Shown here piece by piece: positions 27,480-41,196 of a DNA stretch of 64,000 nucleotides. The translations under genes were made by a program, and so were the position numbers. The notes under the pieces are model-generated. The model saw nothing but the letters and a program-made list of their open reading frames with translations. It was not told where the DNA came from and searched no databases. Source of the stretch: Vicugna vicugna (lineage: Eukaryota). How positions within the stretch are numbered: the first letter of the stretch is position 1; each line of letters opens with the position of its first letter. The stretch lies in assembly GCA_013265495.1 (NCBI GenBank), contig MU058650.1, positions 1,182,267 through 1,246,266 on the forward strand, read 5' to 3'.

Positions 27480-29870
27480 CCAGAACCAAGCTTGAGGATG
27501 TTAATCAAAAACAAAAGTTACTGGCAGCATGTCTGAGTCACAGAGACCTGACAGGAGAGCTGGAGGGGAGCAAGCTTGTAATAAATCAAAAGTTCTGGGA
27601 GTCCTGGGCTGCAAGAACCACTGGAGACCGGTGTGGTCCCCACGACACTGTTGCCCCTTTTTTGACTGTTCATCCACTGCCAAAAGAAGCCCCACAAGGA
27701 CAGTTGGCCGTCTTAGCTACTAATTCAGTAGAAGCCTCACGAAGTTCTCTAGTGAAAGCATTTCTCCCTTGGATACTAAAACCTTTACATCAGCAGAGTT
27801 CAGAGTCACAGGGATTAGAAGCAACAAAAAATTTTAGTGACTCATTAAGTGTAATTGTGAGAAGCACCATCACCTGACTTTCACCCTTTGTTTCCCATAA
27901 CACAGCATCTATTTATGGGGGGGAACACCACCTACTCTGTTCCTCACCAGCTTAGAATGTGTACATTCTGAAGGTTCATGTTAAAATCTTACAGGGTGTC
28001 AACTCCTGGACATGGGCACAACTGAATCTTTTGCATTTTTAATTGATGTATAGCTAAGTTACAAGGCTGTGTTAGTTTCAGGTGTACAAAGGTAATTCAT
28101 ATGTATGTATATACGTATATTTTTTAGATTCTTTTCCATTATAAGTTATTACAAAATATTGACTGTAGTCACCTTTGCTATACAATAGATCCTTGCTGTT
28201 TATTTATTTTATACATGTTAGTGTGTATCAGTTAATATAATTGAATCTTAGTAACCCATTCCACAGTTTTGTAGGACTATGCCTCTAGGTAGTGACATTA
28301 TAAGATCAATGAATCCTATGGCGTCAGCCCATTTCCTTGTCTGTTCCTCTGTTAAGTGAAACCTTTGGTCTGTAGCAAAGTGTGGGATACCGTGACTTTG
28401 TGTAAGGCATTCCATAAGTTCATGGATGATGGTGAACCTGAGTCCACATTAAATGTCTGTTATAGAGAGGGCATATCAGTGTCCCCTCTGTGATGATTCT
28501 CCCAGAGCAAGGTGCCAGTAACTGCTGAAAAACTGGGTATTAGCCAGTGACAGTTGAGGTAAGAGAAAGTCTCTGTTGAGCCTCTCCCAGCCTCCTACAT
28601 GGCCATTTTGAGTCCAGACTGGGGTATAGGACAGGACATTTTGCTCCAGCAATTATTAGGAGCTCCTTCAGAGGGGGTTTAAGTGAGTATGCACGTAGGA
28701 TACAGTATTCACATGCTCTAGACCCATCTGCACATCCCGAACCTCCTTACTGTCAGTCTTCTGATCTTGTTTTTTCCAACATGCCCAACTCTTAGCCTCT
28801 GCTCACGAATTGTGTAGACCCTTACCTATGTCTCTTCACCTCTTCCTCTGGAAAAAGCATCACTAGAAGTTCCACAAATGGAAAGGTTTCTCTTTTCCAC
28901 TACTGAGTGGGGGCTGACTGATGCCAGTGTATTATTTAGAGCCATCTGTGAGGCAGACTTGAATTTTTTTCCTCTTTGATTATAGGAAAATCCACATAAG
29001 GCCATAGGTTGAGCGGGTGCTGCAGAAGTAGACATGCTGGGTGTGTGAGCCTTGTTACTCCAGGTGCCCTCCGGTCCCATCTGCCTATATGTAATCACTT
29101 CTGCTTGATGACAAAGTCCCAGCCTGGTGAGTCAGAGGACACCTAGCTCTTGAGGAGCTCTCAGATTTCACAGTCACCTGGTGTTCTGGCATTTGGTCTC
29201 TCTATCAAAGCCAAGTTTTAAGCCAAGAACTATTTCTCCAAGGGTAATAGCTCTTGACAAAGAGGGCATGTCTTTATTATAAGATGGCACAACTGTAATT
29301 GTCCAGTGGAGCCTTCCCCAGGCTTGATAGAGCATCCCAGTCTGCTCAAGGCACTTCAGGCAGGCACCATTTGATCTGATGACCCAGGTGGCAAAGCTTC
29401 TTGCGTTGAGCTGGGACCAGCTGAGGGGATTTCTCTTTCTTTCAGCCCTATTAAAGCTGGAAGCTTTGGGGACTTCCACTAAATGGGTCAGAGAAGCACA
29501 TCTAAATAGAATACATTACCTTCAAAACCCAAAAAGACCCACCAAGTATTAGGCTTACTTTTCGTTTGGGAACGTAATCTACCTTGTTGTCTCTTGAGAG
29601 TTTTCATCTGCATGCCCGTGGTTAAAGGACCTCCCTCCCCCAAGACACTTCACAGACATCACTGGCATTAGCCAGTGTTTTCATGGGATGTATCTCTAGG
29701 ATGCATACAGGTATGTTTAGTTTATCCACTCTCCTCCAGCACTGACATGCTCATAGCAACTCAGTGACCTTGGTATGAGAACATAAGGACACACTACTAG
29801 TACATCTAATATCGAGCACCTTTCCTTTTTTGCAAACTTCCTCACTCTCTTGGCCATTTCTCATATTTCC
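27480..29870. mobile_element. Degraded ERVL/MaLR internal-like sequence
   Basis: Composition and motifs resembling antisense ERVL internal relics; no intact ORF. Confidence 0.35.
28031..28238 (-). mobile_element. Short L1 3' end
   Basis: Same 3'UTR type; TSD AA(C/T)TGAATCTT at ~28020 and ~28239. Confidence 0.8.
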
Positions 29871-31540
29871 CCAACAGCTGTGTCCTTGGCTCGTAACAGA
29901 TCAACTATTCATTTACTCACTGAGACTTAACCACTGGGTATTCAGTGATGAGCGTAGACATGGTAGCTGCCTACCTCTCACAGTTAGCAAGCCAAGCTGA
30001 TGAATCCACAAAGGAGGATAGGAGCTGCCATGCAAGAGTTCTAACCTTGAACAGTGATAATACCCAACCTGAGAAACAGACTCTAACCAGACAGAGCAAC
30101 CATGTCTCCTTCTGTGGAGGAATCAAGTAAGAGGGCTGAAATGTTCCTCCATTTTTCTTGTGGGGAGAGGAAGGTTGAATGAAAGTTCCATTTCTTTCCA
30201 AGGTAGAAGCCTAAATATGAAGATAAAGGGAGAAGAATTTCTCGTGATTACCAGCAGTATTCTTTGGCAGTGCCAAATATAACATGAGATTATATATAAT
30301 TAATTCGTAGTGACACCAGCCTCCCTAGTTGAGTGATTAGCCCCAGAAACACTGGATGTTGGACTGATACAGAGATAGAGTGAATATGACAGAAGGGAGA
30401 GGAGCTGGGGATTGAGATATTTCCAAGAGAACAGTCATAACGATGCCTACAGAACCAAGATATGGAAGGGGGTAAATATGGAAGGGTATTAATGGGTAGA
30501 AGTGATAGCGTTGGTCATTGGATTACAAATCTTCATGAAATTAAAGAATTATCACAGTAAAAATAGCCCTTTGGGTTGTGAGATTTTGATCAAAAAGTGG
30601 GCTGTAAATTTGTAGTTTGGGAGGTAGTAAATGTCTCTGATAATTTAAATAAAAAAAAGGAAGTGGATGAGAAAAGCAGAGTGGCAGGGCAAGTTCATCT
30701 GAGTTGAGGAAGTCAAGAAACAGATGACATCAGACAGCTCATTCAAATGATGTTGAAATCAGTGAGCAGAATGATAGGAATTGAGATAGAAAAAGCAAAG
30801 TACTAAAATCTTAAGTATACTGAGAAGGACCAAGAAGTTGGCAGATGACAACAGATCATGGAGCCAGATGGCACAAGCCTCAGAGGAACAGGGGATTTTT
30901 TGACATCAAGAGTTGGGAGAGAACGATTATCTGGAAGTGGCACGGGGGAAGTATAAGCCCCTTCCTTCTGATCTTACAGAGTGAACAACACGGGTTTGCT
31001 TCAGGGGAAACTATATTCTCAGGGACCAGCACGTTTCAGTTAAGACAATGAGTTAGAGAAAACAATTTGAGAGAAGACTCTTTGAAAATGGGGTAGGAGT
31101 TTCTGATCGCATAGCTTTCAAGGTCTAAAAGAACCAGCAGTTTTATAATCAAAATCAGGTCTTCCATTTAGGAGGGACAAGGGGTTGCTAAGAGCTTGTG
31201 ACCCCGATCCCTGTCCTCTATAATTCACCTTCCATCACACCACCATCATGCTGGATTTAGGGAGTGCTTGCTGTATCCTCTGTACCAGTTTTGTCAGAGG
31301 GTAGTCTCATAACTCTTAATTCTCCAGTAACACACCTGAGACCAGATTGGAATCCATTGACTTATTTCTCCCTTCTCTTCTTCCCTTCCCTTCATCTCCC
31401 TCTACCTTAATGTTTTTCCTTTCCTTAAATCGTCCATTCATTCAGTGAGACTTTCAAAGCCCAGAAAAAAAATAGATATGACATAACATGCAACAAGATA
31501 TTGTTGCTTATAAAGAATTGTTACTCATCATTCTTTACAA

Positions 31541-31679
31541 CTTTTTTTAATTGAAATATAATCAGTTACAATGTGTCAATTTCTGGTGTACAGCACAATG
31601 TCCCAGTCATGCATAAATATACATATATTCATTTTCATATTCTTTTTCATTAAAGGTTATTACAAGATATTGAATATAG
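31541..31679 (-). mobile_element. Short L1 3' end
   Basis: TSD TTCTTTACAA (31531-31540 and 31680-31689). Confidence 0.8.
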
Positions 31680-32004
31680 TTCTTTACAATTCTTGAATCT
31701 TTTACAGGGGGGCTTACCTACCTAGTTCTTTCAGGGTCTATTTCCTGCTTTCCTATAAAACCTTCAAGACCTCCAGAGAACTAAGTGTCCCAACCCAAGA
31801 GAGGAAGTTCCAGAGAAGACAGATGCTCCCTCATCACCTCTGTAAGACCTGCCTCTCAATTTTCATTCTTCAGTCTTGAAGGCCTGTCTTCCCCTAAATA
31901 ATTGACAGCAGGGATACCCAATTGGTTTAGGGAAAACTCTACCTCCTAGGACAACTAATTCTGCATCTGAAGCTTAACCACATCGGAAATCTAAACCCAA
32001 TATC

Positions 32005-32066
32005 CAGACACAAACTGGAGATCGAGTTACTGTATCAGACACAAACTGGAGATCGAGTTACTGTAT
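32005..32066 (+). repeat. Perfect 2 x 31-bp tandem duplication
   Basis: CAGACACAAACTGGAGATCGAGTTACTGTAT occurs twice head-to-tail. Confidence 0.95.
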
Positions 32067-33014
32067 AGAAAATGGCAGGTGTCCTATTGAGACCTCTCAT
32101 TCCAACTAGTTATTAATAAATATATTGCATATATTTTGCTATAATTTTATTCTATAGAATGATTTGCTAACTGTTTTCCAAATATATTTTCAAAATTGAA
32201 TAAAAGGTGCTAAAAAAACCCATGGCATTTCCTACAGTATACAAGACATGCCTTTGCCCAATAGACAAGCATTTCAATGTTGAGTTTTTAACCACAGAAG
32301 CATGTTGTTTTAAATTGCACTAATGGTAAATTAATTGGGCAGGGAGGGAGTAATGCAGACTTGGTGCTGAGTAAATTAAAGCTTTCAGTCTAATAACAGC
32401 CTTATTAGGTTGCTCTTAGGGCACTGCACATCTGCCTAAATTCACATGTAGATGAGTAGCAGAATAATAACAAATTAATTATCCCTCAAAATTTAAAAAA
32501 AAAAAACAGCAACAACGTAAATGAACTGCATTACTTCCAGCCTGCCAGTGATAGTGGGAGGTTTTTCTAGTCCCTGAGAGAAGTTTCTGTAAGTAGTCAC
32601 TTGACAATCTCTCTACTAGATATTCTGAGAAGGGGAAACAGAAGAAACGGAAAGGGGAGGTAAACTTTCTTCAACAAATGGTACTTGTGGTATCGAGTCA
32701 CTGAACTGAGCTGTGATTTCAGCAATAAGGATAATGAAGGTCTGTAAAAGTTGGAGAACACCATATAACCCACTGGCCCTCCGCAGAGATCTTTCATGCC
32801 TCAGGCAAGTAACAGAAGACCTTGCTTAAGGATGACCTCAATGCTTCAGACCACTGTTAACTTGGAAACTGAGACACATATACGATTTCTGGCTCACACA
32901 ACTTTTAACAATTTCCGTCTCCAATAAGATTAATTAATGCACTATAACAAGTATTAAATTACATCCTTCATTTGCCAGGCGATATGATTGTTGGATACAT
33001 AGACAAACCATGTT

Positions 33015-34564
33015 GTTTGTTTGGTGCATTTTATTTGTTATTTTTTTATTTTTTAAACATTTGTTATTGAGTTATAGTCAGTTTACAATGTTGTGTCAAA
33101 TTCCAGTGTAGAGCACAAGTTTTCAATCATACATGAACATACATATATTCATTGTCACATTGTTTTTCGCTGTGAGCTACCACAAGACCTTGTATATATT
33201 TCCCTGTGCTATACAGTATAATCTTGTTTATCTATTCTGCATAATATGCCTGTCCTACAAATTTTGAACTCCCAGTCTATCCCTTCCCACCTCCCTCCCC
33301 CTTGGCAACAAAAAGTTTGTGTTCTATGTCTATGAGTCTGTTTCTGTTTTGTATTTATGTTCTTTTTTTTTTTTTTTTAGATTCCACATATGAGTGACCT
33401 CATACGGTATTTTTCTTTCTCTTTCTGGCTTACTTCACTTAGAATGACATTCTCCAGGAGCATCCATGTTGCTGCAAATGGTGTTATGTTGTCGGTTTTT
33501 ATGGCTGAGTAGTATTCCATTGTATAAATATACCACTTCTTCTTTATCCAGTCATCTGTTGATGTACATTTAGGCTGTTTCCATGTCTTGGCTATGGTAA
33601 ATAGTGTTGCTATGAATATTGGAGTGCAGGTATCTTTTTGAAGAAGAGTTCCTTCTGGATATATGCCCAGGAGCAGGATGACTGGGTCATACAGTAAGTC
33701 TATTCCTAGTCTTTTGAGGACTCTCCATACGATTTTCCACAATGGCTGCACCAAACTACACTCCCACCAGCAGTGTAGGAGGGTTCCATTTTCTCCACAG
33801 CCTCTCCAGCATTTGTCATTTGTGGACTTTTGAATAATGGCCATTCTGGCTGGTGTGAGGTGACACCTCATCATAGTTTTGATATACATTTCTCTGATAA
33901 TTAGTGGTATTGAGCATTTTTTCATGTCCCTATTAATCATTTGTATTTCTTCCTTGGAGAGTTGCTTGTTTATGTCTTCTGTCCATTTTTGGATTGGGTT
34001 GTTTGTTTTTTTCTTATTAAGTTATATGAGCTGCTTATATATTCTGGAGATCAAACCTTTGTCAGTTTCATTTGCAAAAATTTTCTCCCATTCTGTAGGT
34101 TGTTTTGTTCTACTTATGGTTTCCTTTGCTGTGCAGAAGTTTGTAAGCTTAATTAGGTCCCATTTGTTTATTTTTGCTTTATTTCTATTGCTTGGGTAAA
34201 CTGCCCTAGGAGAACATTTCTGAGATGTATGTGAGATAATGTTTTGCCTATGTTTTCCTCTAGGAGGTTTATTGTATCTTGTCTTATGTTTAAGCCTTTG
34301 ATCCATTTTGAGTTTATTTTTGTGTACAGTGTAAGGGAGTGTTCTAGCTTCATTGTTCTACATGCTGCTGTCCAGTTTTCCCAACACCATTTGCTGAAGA
34401 GACTGTCTTTATTCCATTGTATATTCTTGCCTCCTTTGTTGAAGATTAGTTGACCAAAAGTTTGTGGGTTCATTTCTGGGCTCTCTATTCTGTCCCATTG
34501 GTCCATATGTCTGTTTTTGTACCAATACCATGCTCTTCTGATTACTGTAGCTCTACAGTATTGT
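33015..34564 (-). mobile_element. Young L1 3' fragment with TSD
   Basis: ORF2 C-terminal 187 aa open (33377-33940, CCHC zinc knuckle); 17-bp TSD CATAG(A/G)CAAACCATGTT at 32998-33014 and 34565-34581. Confidence 0.95.
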
Positions 34565-35876
34565 CATAGGCAAACCATGTTTGACCCTCAAAGAGCTTTG
34601 AATTGAGGAGACATACCAGCAAATCCAATCAGTACATTGTAAAAATGGATATAATTATAATGGCAGTATGCCAGAGGTTCAATGGAATTTGAGAGAGAAG
34701 CATCTAAGAGAGGTAAAGGGGGAGAGTTCAGTGACAGGGAAGTCTTCTTATATGATAGGATTTTTGAACTGACTTTTAAGAGAGAAATAGGAATTTTCTA
34801 GGCAAAAAGGGGTAGAAGACGTTCTCAGTAGAGAAAACATATGTCAAGACAAGAAATATAAAACAATATGGCCTTGCCACCTTGCCTCCTGATCCAGTCA
34901 GGAAACAAAGGGCACCCTTGGAAGGGTAACTGGAAAGAGTTTAATGAAGTGATTATTTCCAGAAATGCAGGCTAGGTCAGGGGCAACAACAAAGGATGGT
35001 GAAGCATTCAAGGACAGCAACGGTGGGAAGTCATTAAAGACCTGGTGAGCAGGGACAAGGAAAGGGAATGAGACTGCCAGAACCTGGTGGAAGCCATGGC
35101 CATGGAAGAGGGGCTGCCCAACAGGAACCACAACCAGAAGCCGAGGACACCACCACCTAAGAGCCACAGCCTGGCAGAGACTAGGGGAGGGGTAGAAATA
35201 CCTCACTGGCCTCCAGTCTCCAGCAGGCCCCTCCCACCGGCTGAACCCCACCGCAGCCAGAGGGGAAAGGAGTTGGGGAAGGCTTTCTGTAAAGGTCGCT
35301 TCCTGAGGCCCAGAGAGCAGAGACTGGACCCGGAGAGGCAAACAGTCCCTTAGCACAACCGATTCACATCCCACGCCTGAACAGTTTCCTCCTCCTTGAA
35401 TTGGTGCAGCCCAGGACTAAACCTGTAACTCACGTTAGAAAAGTTTGCTCTTGTTTCTTCTGACAGAGAGGGAAGCTCATTGGCTTAAATGACAAGGAGA
35501 GGTCATTAAAGTCCAGTTTGTTGTGTAACCTCTGCCCCGCACCAGATCTTTCTACTTTTAACCTCAATAATGTGATAATTATTCTATCAGATATTTTAAA
35601 ATGAAAACAAGTACTCCTGAGTGTGTGATGACATACGTTGTAATTGTCTTTCTAAAAACAACTCCTTTAACATTGTCAAGTGGATGAAACTGGCTCGCAT
35701 ATTCGTTTCATAGAATTATTTTTGTACTTAACGACATCCCATATTTGACTTATAAACTCCAGTTAAATCACATTAAGCTATCTTTAAATTGTATTATGGT
35801 GCTGCATTGTTTGAAGGAGGGAGAAAAGAACAATTTGTCCTTTTACAACCCTTTTTTTTTCCTATTTATTTTTCAG

Positions 35877-36303
35877 GTCAATAACTCGATCTTATTACCG
35901 CAACTCGGTTGGTGGATTTTTGGTATTTGACATTACCAACCGACGATCTTTTGAGCATGTGAAAGACTGGCTAGAAGAAGCAAAAATGTATGTACAGCCA
36001 TTTCGGATTGTGTTTCTGCTGGTGGGACATAAATGTGACTTAGCCTCGCAACGTCAAGTCACAAGGGAAGAAGCCGAAAGACTGTCCGCAGACTGTGGGA
36101 TGAAGTATATAGAAACCTCGGCAAAAGATGCTACAAATGTAGAGGAATCCTTCACCATCTTGACAAGAGACATCTACGAGCTTATTAAACGGGGGGAAAT
36201 TTGTATTCAGGATGGCTGGGAAGGGGTTAAAAGCGGTTTTGTTCCAAATACCGTGCATTCTTCTGAGGAAGCAGTAAAGCCCCGGAAAGAGTGCTTCTGT
36301 TGA
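35877..36303 (+). CDS. RAB39A: Rab-39A coding exon 2 (last exon)
   Basis: Polypyrimidine tract + TTTCAG acceptor ending 35876. Phase matches exon 1 (AG+G = Arg), then SITRSYYRNSVGGFLVFD...GHKCD (G4)...ETSAK (G5)...KECFC* (CxC prenylation motif). 227+427 = 654 nt = 217 aa + stop. Confidence 0.97.
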
Positions 36304-36986
36304 CTTCAAACACGCCGAAGAACCAAGAACAAACTGGGTGTCATTTCAGGATAAATACCAACATTAAGCACAGAATGATGTGACAAAAGCGTTGAAAAAA
36401 GTCATAAACCCATGCTAACACTATTTTGTAAGGTATTTGATTCAGAGCAGTGCGCTTACTTGTTAAAGTACCAGATTGGTATTCGGCTAAATTATCAGGC
36501 AAAGCAGACAACTTGCTCTTGAAACTGGAGTGTCTACATAATTACCTCCACTCTCACTTTGCTAGCATATAACTGACCTTAACGTCCAAATATGTCAATA
36601 TTACTCATCTTTCTTGACAGTTTGAAATGGGTGTTTTGTGCACATATATAGTCTGATTGAAAAGATTTTATCAGGAATAAAATTCTCTTGAGTTAATTAA
36701 TTAATATTAAATAGTAAAGAGGATTTTAAAGTGCACTGTTCACTTACAAAATAAACAATCTCAGAGTTATCAACTAGGCCTAAAGGAACAGTTCCTTGTT
36801 AAAGGTACCAGGTTTTAAACCATCCTCTGAAACATTTATCCTCTCTTAATTTTGCCTGGACATAAGAAGATAAGTTTTTTACTCATTTTTGTTCTCTGAT
36901 TTTATTTCTCCTAAAATTTTTATGTTTTATAAAGGTGTCTAAGGATCCAAGCAAAATGTTTTGCTGCAAATATTTGTGAAAATAAA
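36304..36986 (+). other. RAB39A: RAB39A proximal 3'UTR with candidate poly(A) signals
   Basis: AT-rich, repeat-free sequence after the stop; AATAAA at 36676, 36750 and 36981. The true end cannot be fixed from sequence. Confidence 0.6.
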
Positions 36987-37579
36987 AATGAAGGACCACT
37001 GTCAGGAAATGTTCTGTTGTTACAGTAGACTGTCCTTATTTAGACAAGAAAAACAAATTTATATGCTGATATTGTCAAAGAAAGTAAATTCAATTCACCT
37101 TGAACTATTATCAGAATTATCAATATAGGTAAATATAGAATGTTTCTAGTAATAGCTTGCTTTGTCCAAGTAAATTTCCAAATTGCCCCATTTTCAATAC
37201 AAGGAAAAATGTAGAAAAGATTTTTCTGAGTGAGAAAAATTGGCTAGATGTTTGATATATTTAGCATTCAGATTTTCTTTTACAATCTCACCAGTAAAAG
37301 TAAAGATAGAATAATGAGTTAAGGCTGTAAGATAATGTTTCCTAATTTTTAACTTACTGATTAAATTAAGTAAATTAAAAATGTCCCGCCTTGAAGGGAC
37401 ATTTTTATCACATTGTCAAATATTTTATAATGTACGTTTCTATTCTGGTCTGTAAACCATCCCTGATCCCAAAGAAGCACCAAATGAAGCTGCGTTTTTG
37501 GAATCATGAGTTCTTTACTGTTAAACTATAGCTCCTTCATTTGTCTGAAAACCAATGTGGTATGTATAGCAGAAGAAAT

Positions 37580-37760
37580 TGGAAAACCTGGGTTCTAAGC
37601 TTGCCTTTGCTCTCCAATATTTGTACATGTGTAAATCACTTAACCTCTCTCTAAACACTAGCTTTCTTATCTGTAAAACAAGATTAATAACCCCATTTAT
37701 TTTATTTCATGGAATTATTTTGAAAGTCCAGCGAATTATGTAGAAAAGCTTTGTAAATCA
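37580..37760. mobile_element. MIR SINE fragment
   Basis: ACCTGGGTTCTA...AAATCACTTAACCTCTCT...CTTTCTTATCTGTAAAA. Confidence 0.65.
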
Positions 37761-40619
37761 AGCAAGTAATACACAAGTGTGAGCTCACGAGCAGCTGCTC
37801 ACGGGCACACTATATTTACAAACATATGAGAATTTGTTCTCCTATTCTTCTCCTTCATTCTCACATAGGAGGAGAAAAGAAAGTGCATGCTTCCATGGAT
37901 CTGGGGCAGTTCTTGGTTTGATGTATTTCTCTGCCCTCCTACCCTGAAACCCCGCTCCTCCAAAGTGGAAATGATGGGGAAGGAAATCCCAGGAGACTTG
38001 TTTCAATCAAAAGTCATGTTTGAATGTGGTTCTTGTGCCTCTTTGAAGTAGATGTTTAATTGTATTTTTAAATAGTTACACCTTACCTAGGTTAATGTAA
38101 GTATTTTTATAGTGCTTGTGGCGAGAATATAAATTATACCATCACGATAAAATTTGTGAATGTATTGTCAACATTTTCTTGATATCCTCAGATTAATTTC
38201 ACTTGAGTGAGTTTAACCTGTAATCGGCTACATAAGAAAATACTGTCCCCTCAGATGTGACGTAGCCTAATTTTCTAGTTTTACTTTTGCAATTTTAAAT
38301 TTTATATTACAATTTTCCATCAGTCGGAAGTGGCATAAACTCAAATACTGAACACTTAACAATCTATTGTTTGGAGTGCAGTTACCTGTGGCTACTTGTG
38401 AAGTTAAATAGCTAAAGCATAAAATGTGATTTAACCTTCGGTGGACGCCCTTTATTAATAATAATGTTGGGGTAGGACTCATCTTCAGTCAAAGGGTATG
38501 ATGTGTTCCAAGATTCAGAATAAAATTGAGGGTCAAAGAAACAAATGGGAGAGCAGGGCCCCAAAAAGCCGATACTTACCAAGATCACATGTGAGCAGAA
38601 GCAAGCCTAGACCTCTAGCTGTCCATGATTACATGATTGGTATCCTTTTTCATTACCATGCTGCGTCAGCGCATGTATGTGTGTGTGTTGAAGATAAGGG
38701 GAAATGTTATCTGACGGCATCCACAAAGCACTGAAATTGGGCTAAATCATTACGGTGTCGGAGGAGCTACTTGTGGCAAAACAGTACTAAAATGTGCGGT
38801 GACTACAGAAATATGAGTTCTTATACCAGATTGCCAAATGTCTGTGTAATCTTAGCCAGACGTCTTTATCAATTTACCTATCTCTGTGTATAAATAAATA
38901 GCTGACCTATTTTCTTACACATCATTATAGAGAATACGGCTAATAATGCCAATGTAGTAAAAATATCTGCTCCAGGCAAAACATTTTGACTTAGGTTCTT
39001 AGAAGTCAGATATGCTTGATTTTACATGAAAATTCTTTCATTTAAAATTTAATTTAAATTTAAACATTATTTAAAATTTTTAAAACTTAGAACTAATGAA
39101 TGATGTAATTACTGAATAGTTTAAATGTGATTAAAAAGAAATTAAAGAACCATCCAATCAGATAATAAACTTGTCCCTGACAGAAACTGTTCATTTTGAG
39201 TTGCAAAAACACTTTCAGTGCATGTCGTGACGTGAAGTTTCATTTGATGGTAAGCTTAAGACAAAATGATGATGTAATCAGAGTGCTTTTAAATGTGGCC
39301 TTTATGTACATTAACAGTAGCAAACAAGATTTTTTTGAGCCTGGAAACTTGAGAATTTACTCTGGGTTTCCAGCAGGCGCAAAGCACTGTATTTTTGTTT
39401 GTTTGTTTATGTTTGTTTTGATTTTTTTATTTTTTGGTGGCAACAAAAGCAGTCCTTTCTATTATTGTTAAATAACTTTGGCAATCTTTTCACCCAACTT
39501 TACATCACTGAAAACCTGAATCTATGGATTAATAAATCATATTAGGAGTGCTTTTGTCAGATTTTATATTGCCCTTGATTCAGTTAAGAACAAAGCTTCT
39601 TTTGACTTAAAAGAGTGCACTATACTTGAATAATTTCCTTAGTTGTGACATAGTGAGAAGGATTCAAAGGACTAATGACCCATTTGATAAGCAAACTCAT
39701 TCGTTCCCCAGTAACTGCCTGGAGAGATTTAGTTGGAAATGCAAAGGAAACGTGTAATCACTAAGAAAAAATTAATGAAAAACTATAAAGGCTTTAAAGT
39801 TAGATCCTTGGTAGTTTAAAATGGCAGAATGCATTCCCAATTAGAAACTAACTCGTGGATATTCCATAGCTGATAAATAGCCATCTCTGCTTCAAAATCT
39901 TTCTAAATTCCAGTGTTTTCACTAAACTTTACTGAGCAACTGATCTTTAAAATAACTATTAAACTGTTCTCCTGAATCTGAATGAACTGCTGCATGACTT
40001 GGTATTCCCAAAATCTTAAAAGCACCTGAATGATGAGCTGTGACAATCTAACCAATTATTGCATCATCTAGTTCACTTACTACACATAATCATGGTATAG
40101 AATGAATGAAGGGGAAAGAAAAAATTTAAAGATATTTTAAAAAATGGTGTTCCTTGTTGCTGTCTCTCTGGGTAAATTTTTTGTCTTTTTTTTAAATATT
40201 GCCTAAAACATTGTCTTAATAATGTGACATTCAGTGACTACTAATTGATGGTTATTATGTTGAATTAATCCTATTAAATGTCGGTTCCATATATTTAATT
40301 TTAATTTATACATTCCATAGAGGAACAAACATGTTTTACTACAGTCATCTCTTGTCATTTTTTTTAGAATGACAGCCAATGGAAGAAAGATATGGTCTAA
40401 ACATTTTGAAGTATGTTATTAGTGTTATTTGATTTTAAATAATAATGAATAAAAAGAATGAGAATGAGAACTCTTGTCACAGGATTGTTACATTATCCAT
40501 TTTTAGTGATGCATTTTTAGTGGTGCTTTTAAAACTGCAGCAACTATTAGCTGACAATGTGTGTGTATTCACAGGTGAAGTACAAATAAGAATCAATACA
40601 AGATCTGAAGTTGCTTATA

Positions 40620-40830
40620 TATTACATAATACTCTGGTGGCGCGCGGGGCAGAACACCAGAATCAAATATTAACATACAGGCAGCAAAATGTATGAATAT
40701 TCACACTAGAAAGACAAGGTTACAAATAACCAGATCAGGTCAGATTTTTGCTGCCAAATGAGTTATCAGAAGAATTTTAGATTTTCAGAGCTGTGGGGGC
40801 TTCAGAATTGCAGAAAAGGGATCATGGATA
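40620..40830. mobile_element. MER46-like Tc1/mariner (Tigger) DNA transposon relic
   Basis: TCAGATTTTTGCTGCCAAATGAGTTA...TTTTCAGAGC...CAGAATTGCAGAAAAGGGAT. Confidence 0.5.
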
Positions 40831-41196
40831 TCTACTATGCCTTAACAGATACTTCAGAATTTATTTACTTTTTTGTAGTTGGTTCATCTTTGTCATGCTT
40901 CAGCCTTGCACGTAGTAGGAGCTTATCAAATTTTGAATTGAGCTGTTAAACCACACACAATTTTCTTTACTTCTGTGTATATAACCCGTTACACATGTGA
41001 AATATTTACCACAGTGATCAGCACATACTAAGCACCTGACAAATGTCACTTCTTATTTTTGTTTTTTTGAGCTGCTGAGTTTTAATCCAAGAAGCCAGTT
41101 TTAATCCCCATGGTGTGCCAGCAACTAATTGTTGATAATGGCTATCTCACTAGGTCCCTGAAAGTGTTCATGAGTCTTTGAAATGGTCTGATTCTT

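Noticed and set aside
33377..34506. 187-aa and 112-aa ORFs as a host gene
   Set aside because: Frameshifted L1 ORF2 C-terminal remnants within a TSD-bounded, 5'-truncated L1.
34898..35374. 158-aa minus-strand ORF in the intron
   Set aside because: Lies in LTR-like sequence, non-ATG start, no homology recognisable.
35871..35882. Recursive-splice-like CAG|GT at the exon 2 acceptor
   Set aside because: The following bases (GTCAAT) are a poor donor match; simply Arg-Ser codons.
35920..36303. 127-aa ORF starting at TTG
   Set aside because: It is the internal part of RAB39A exon 2; the real exon starts at 35877.
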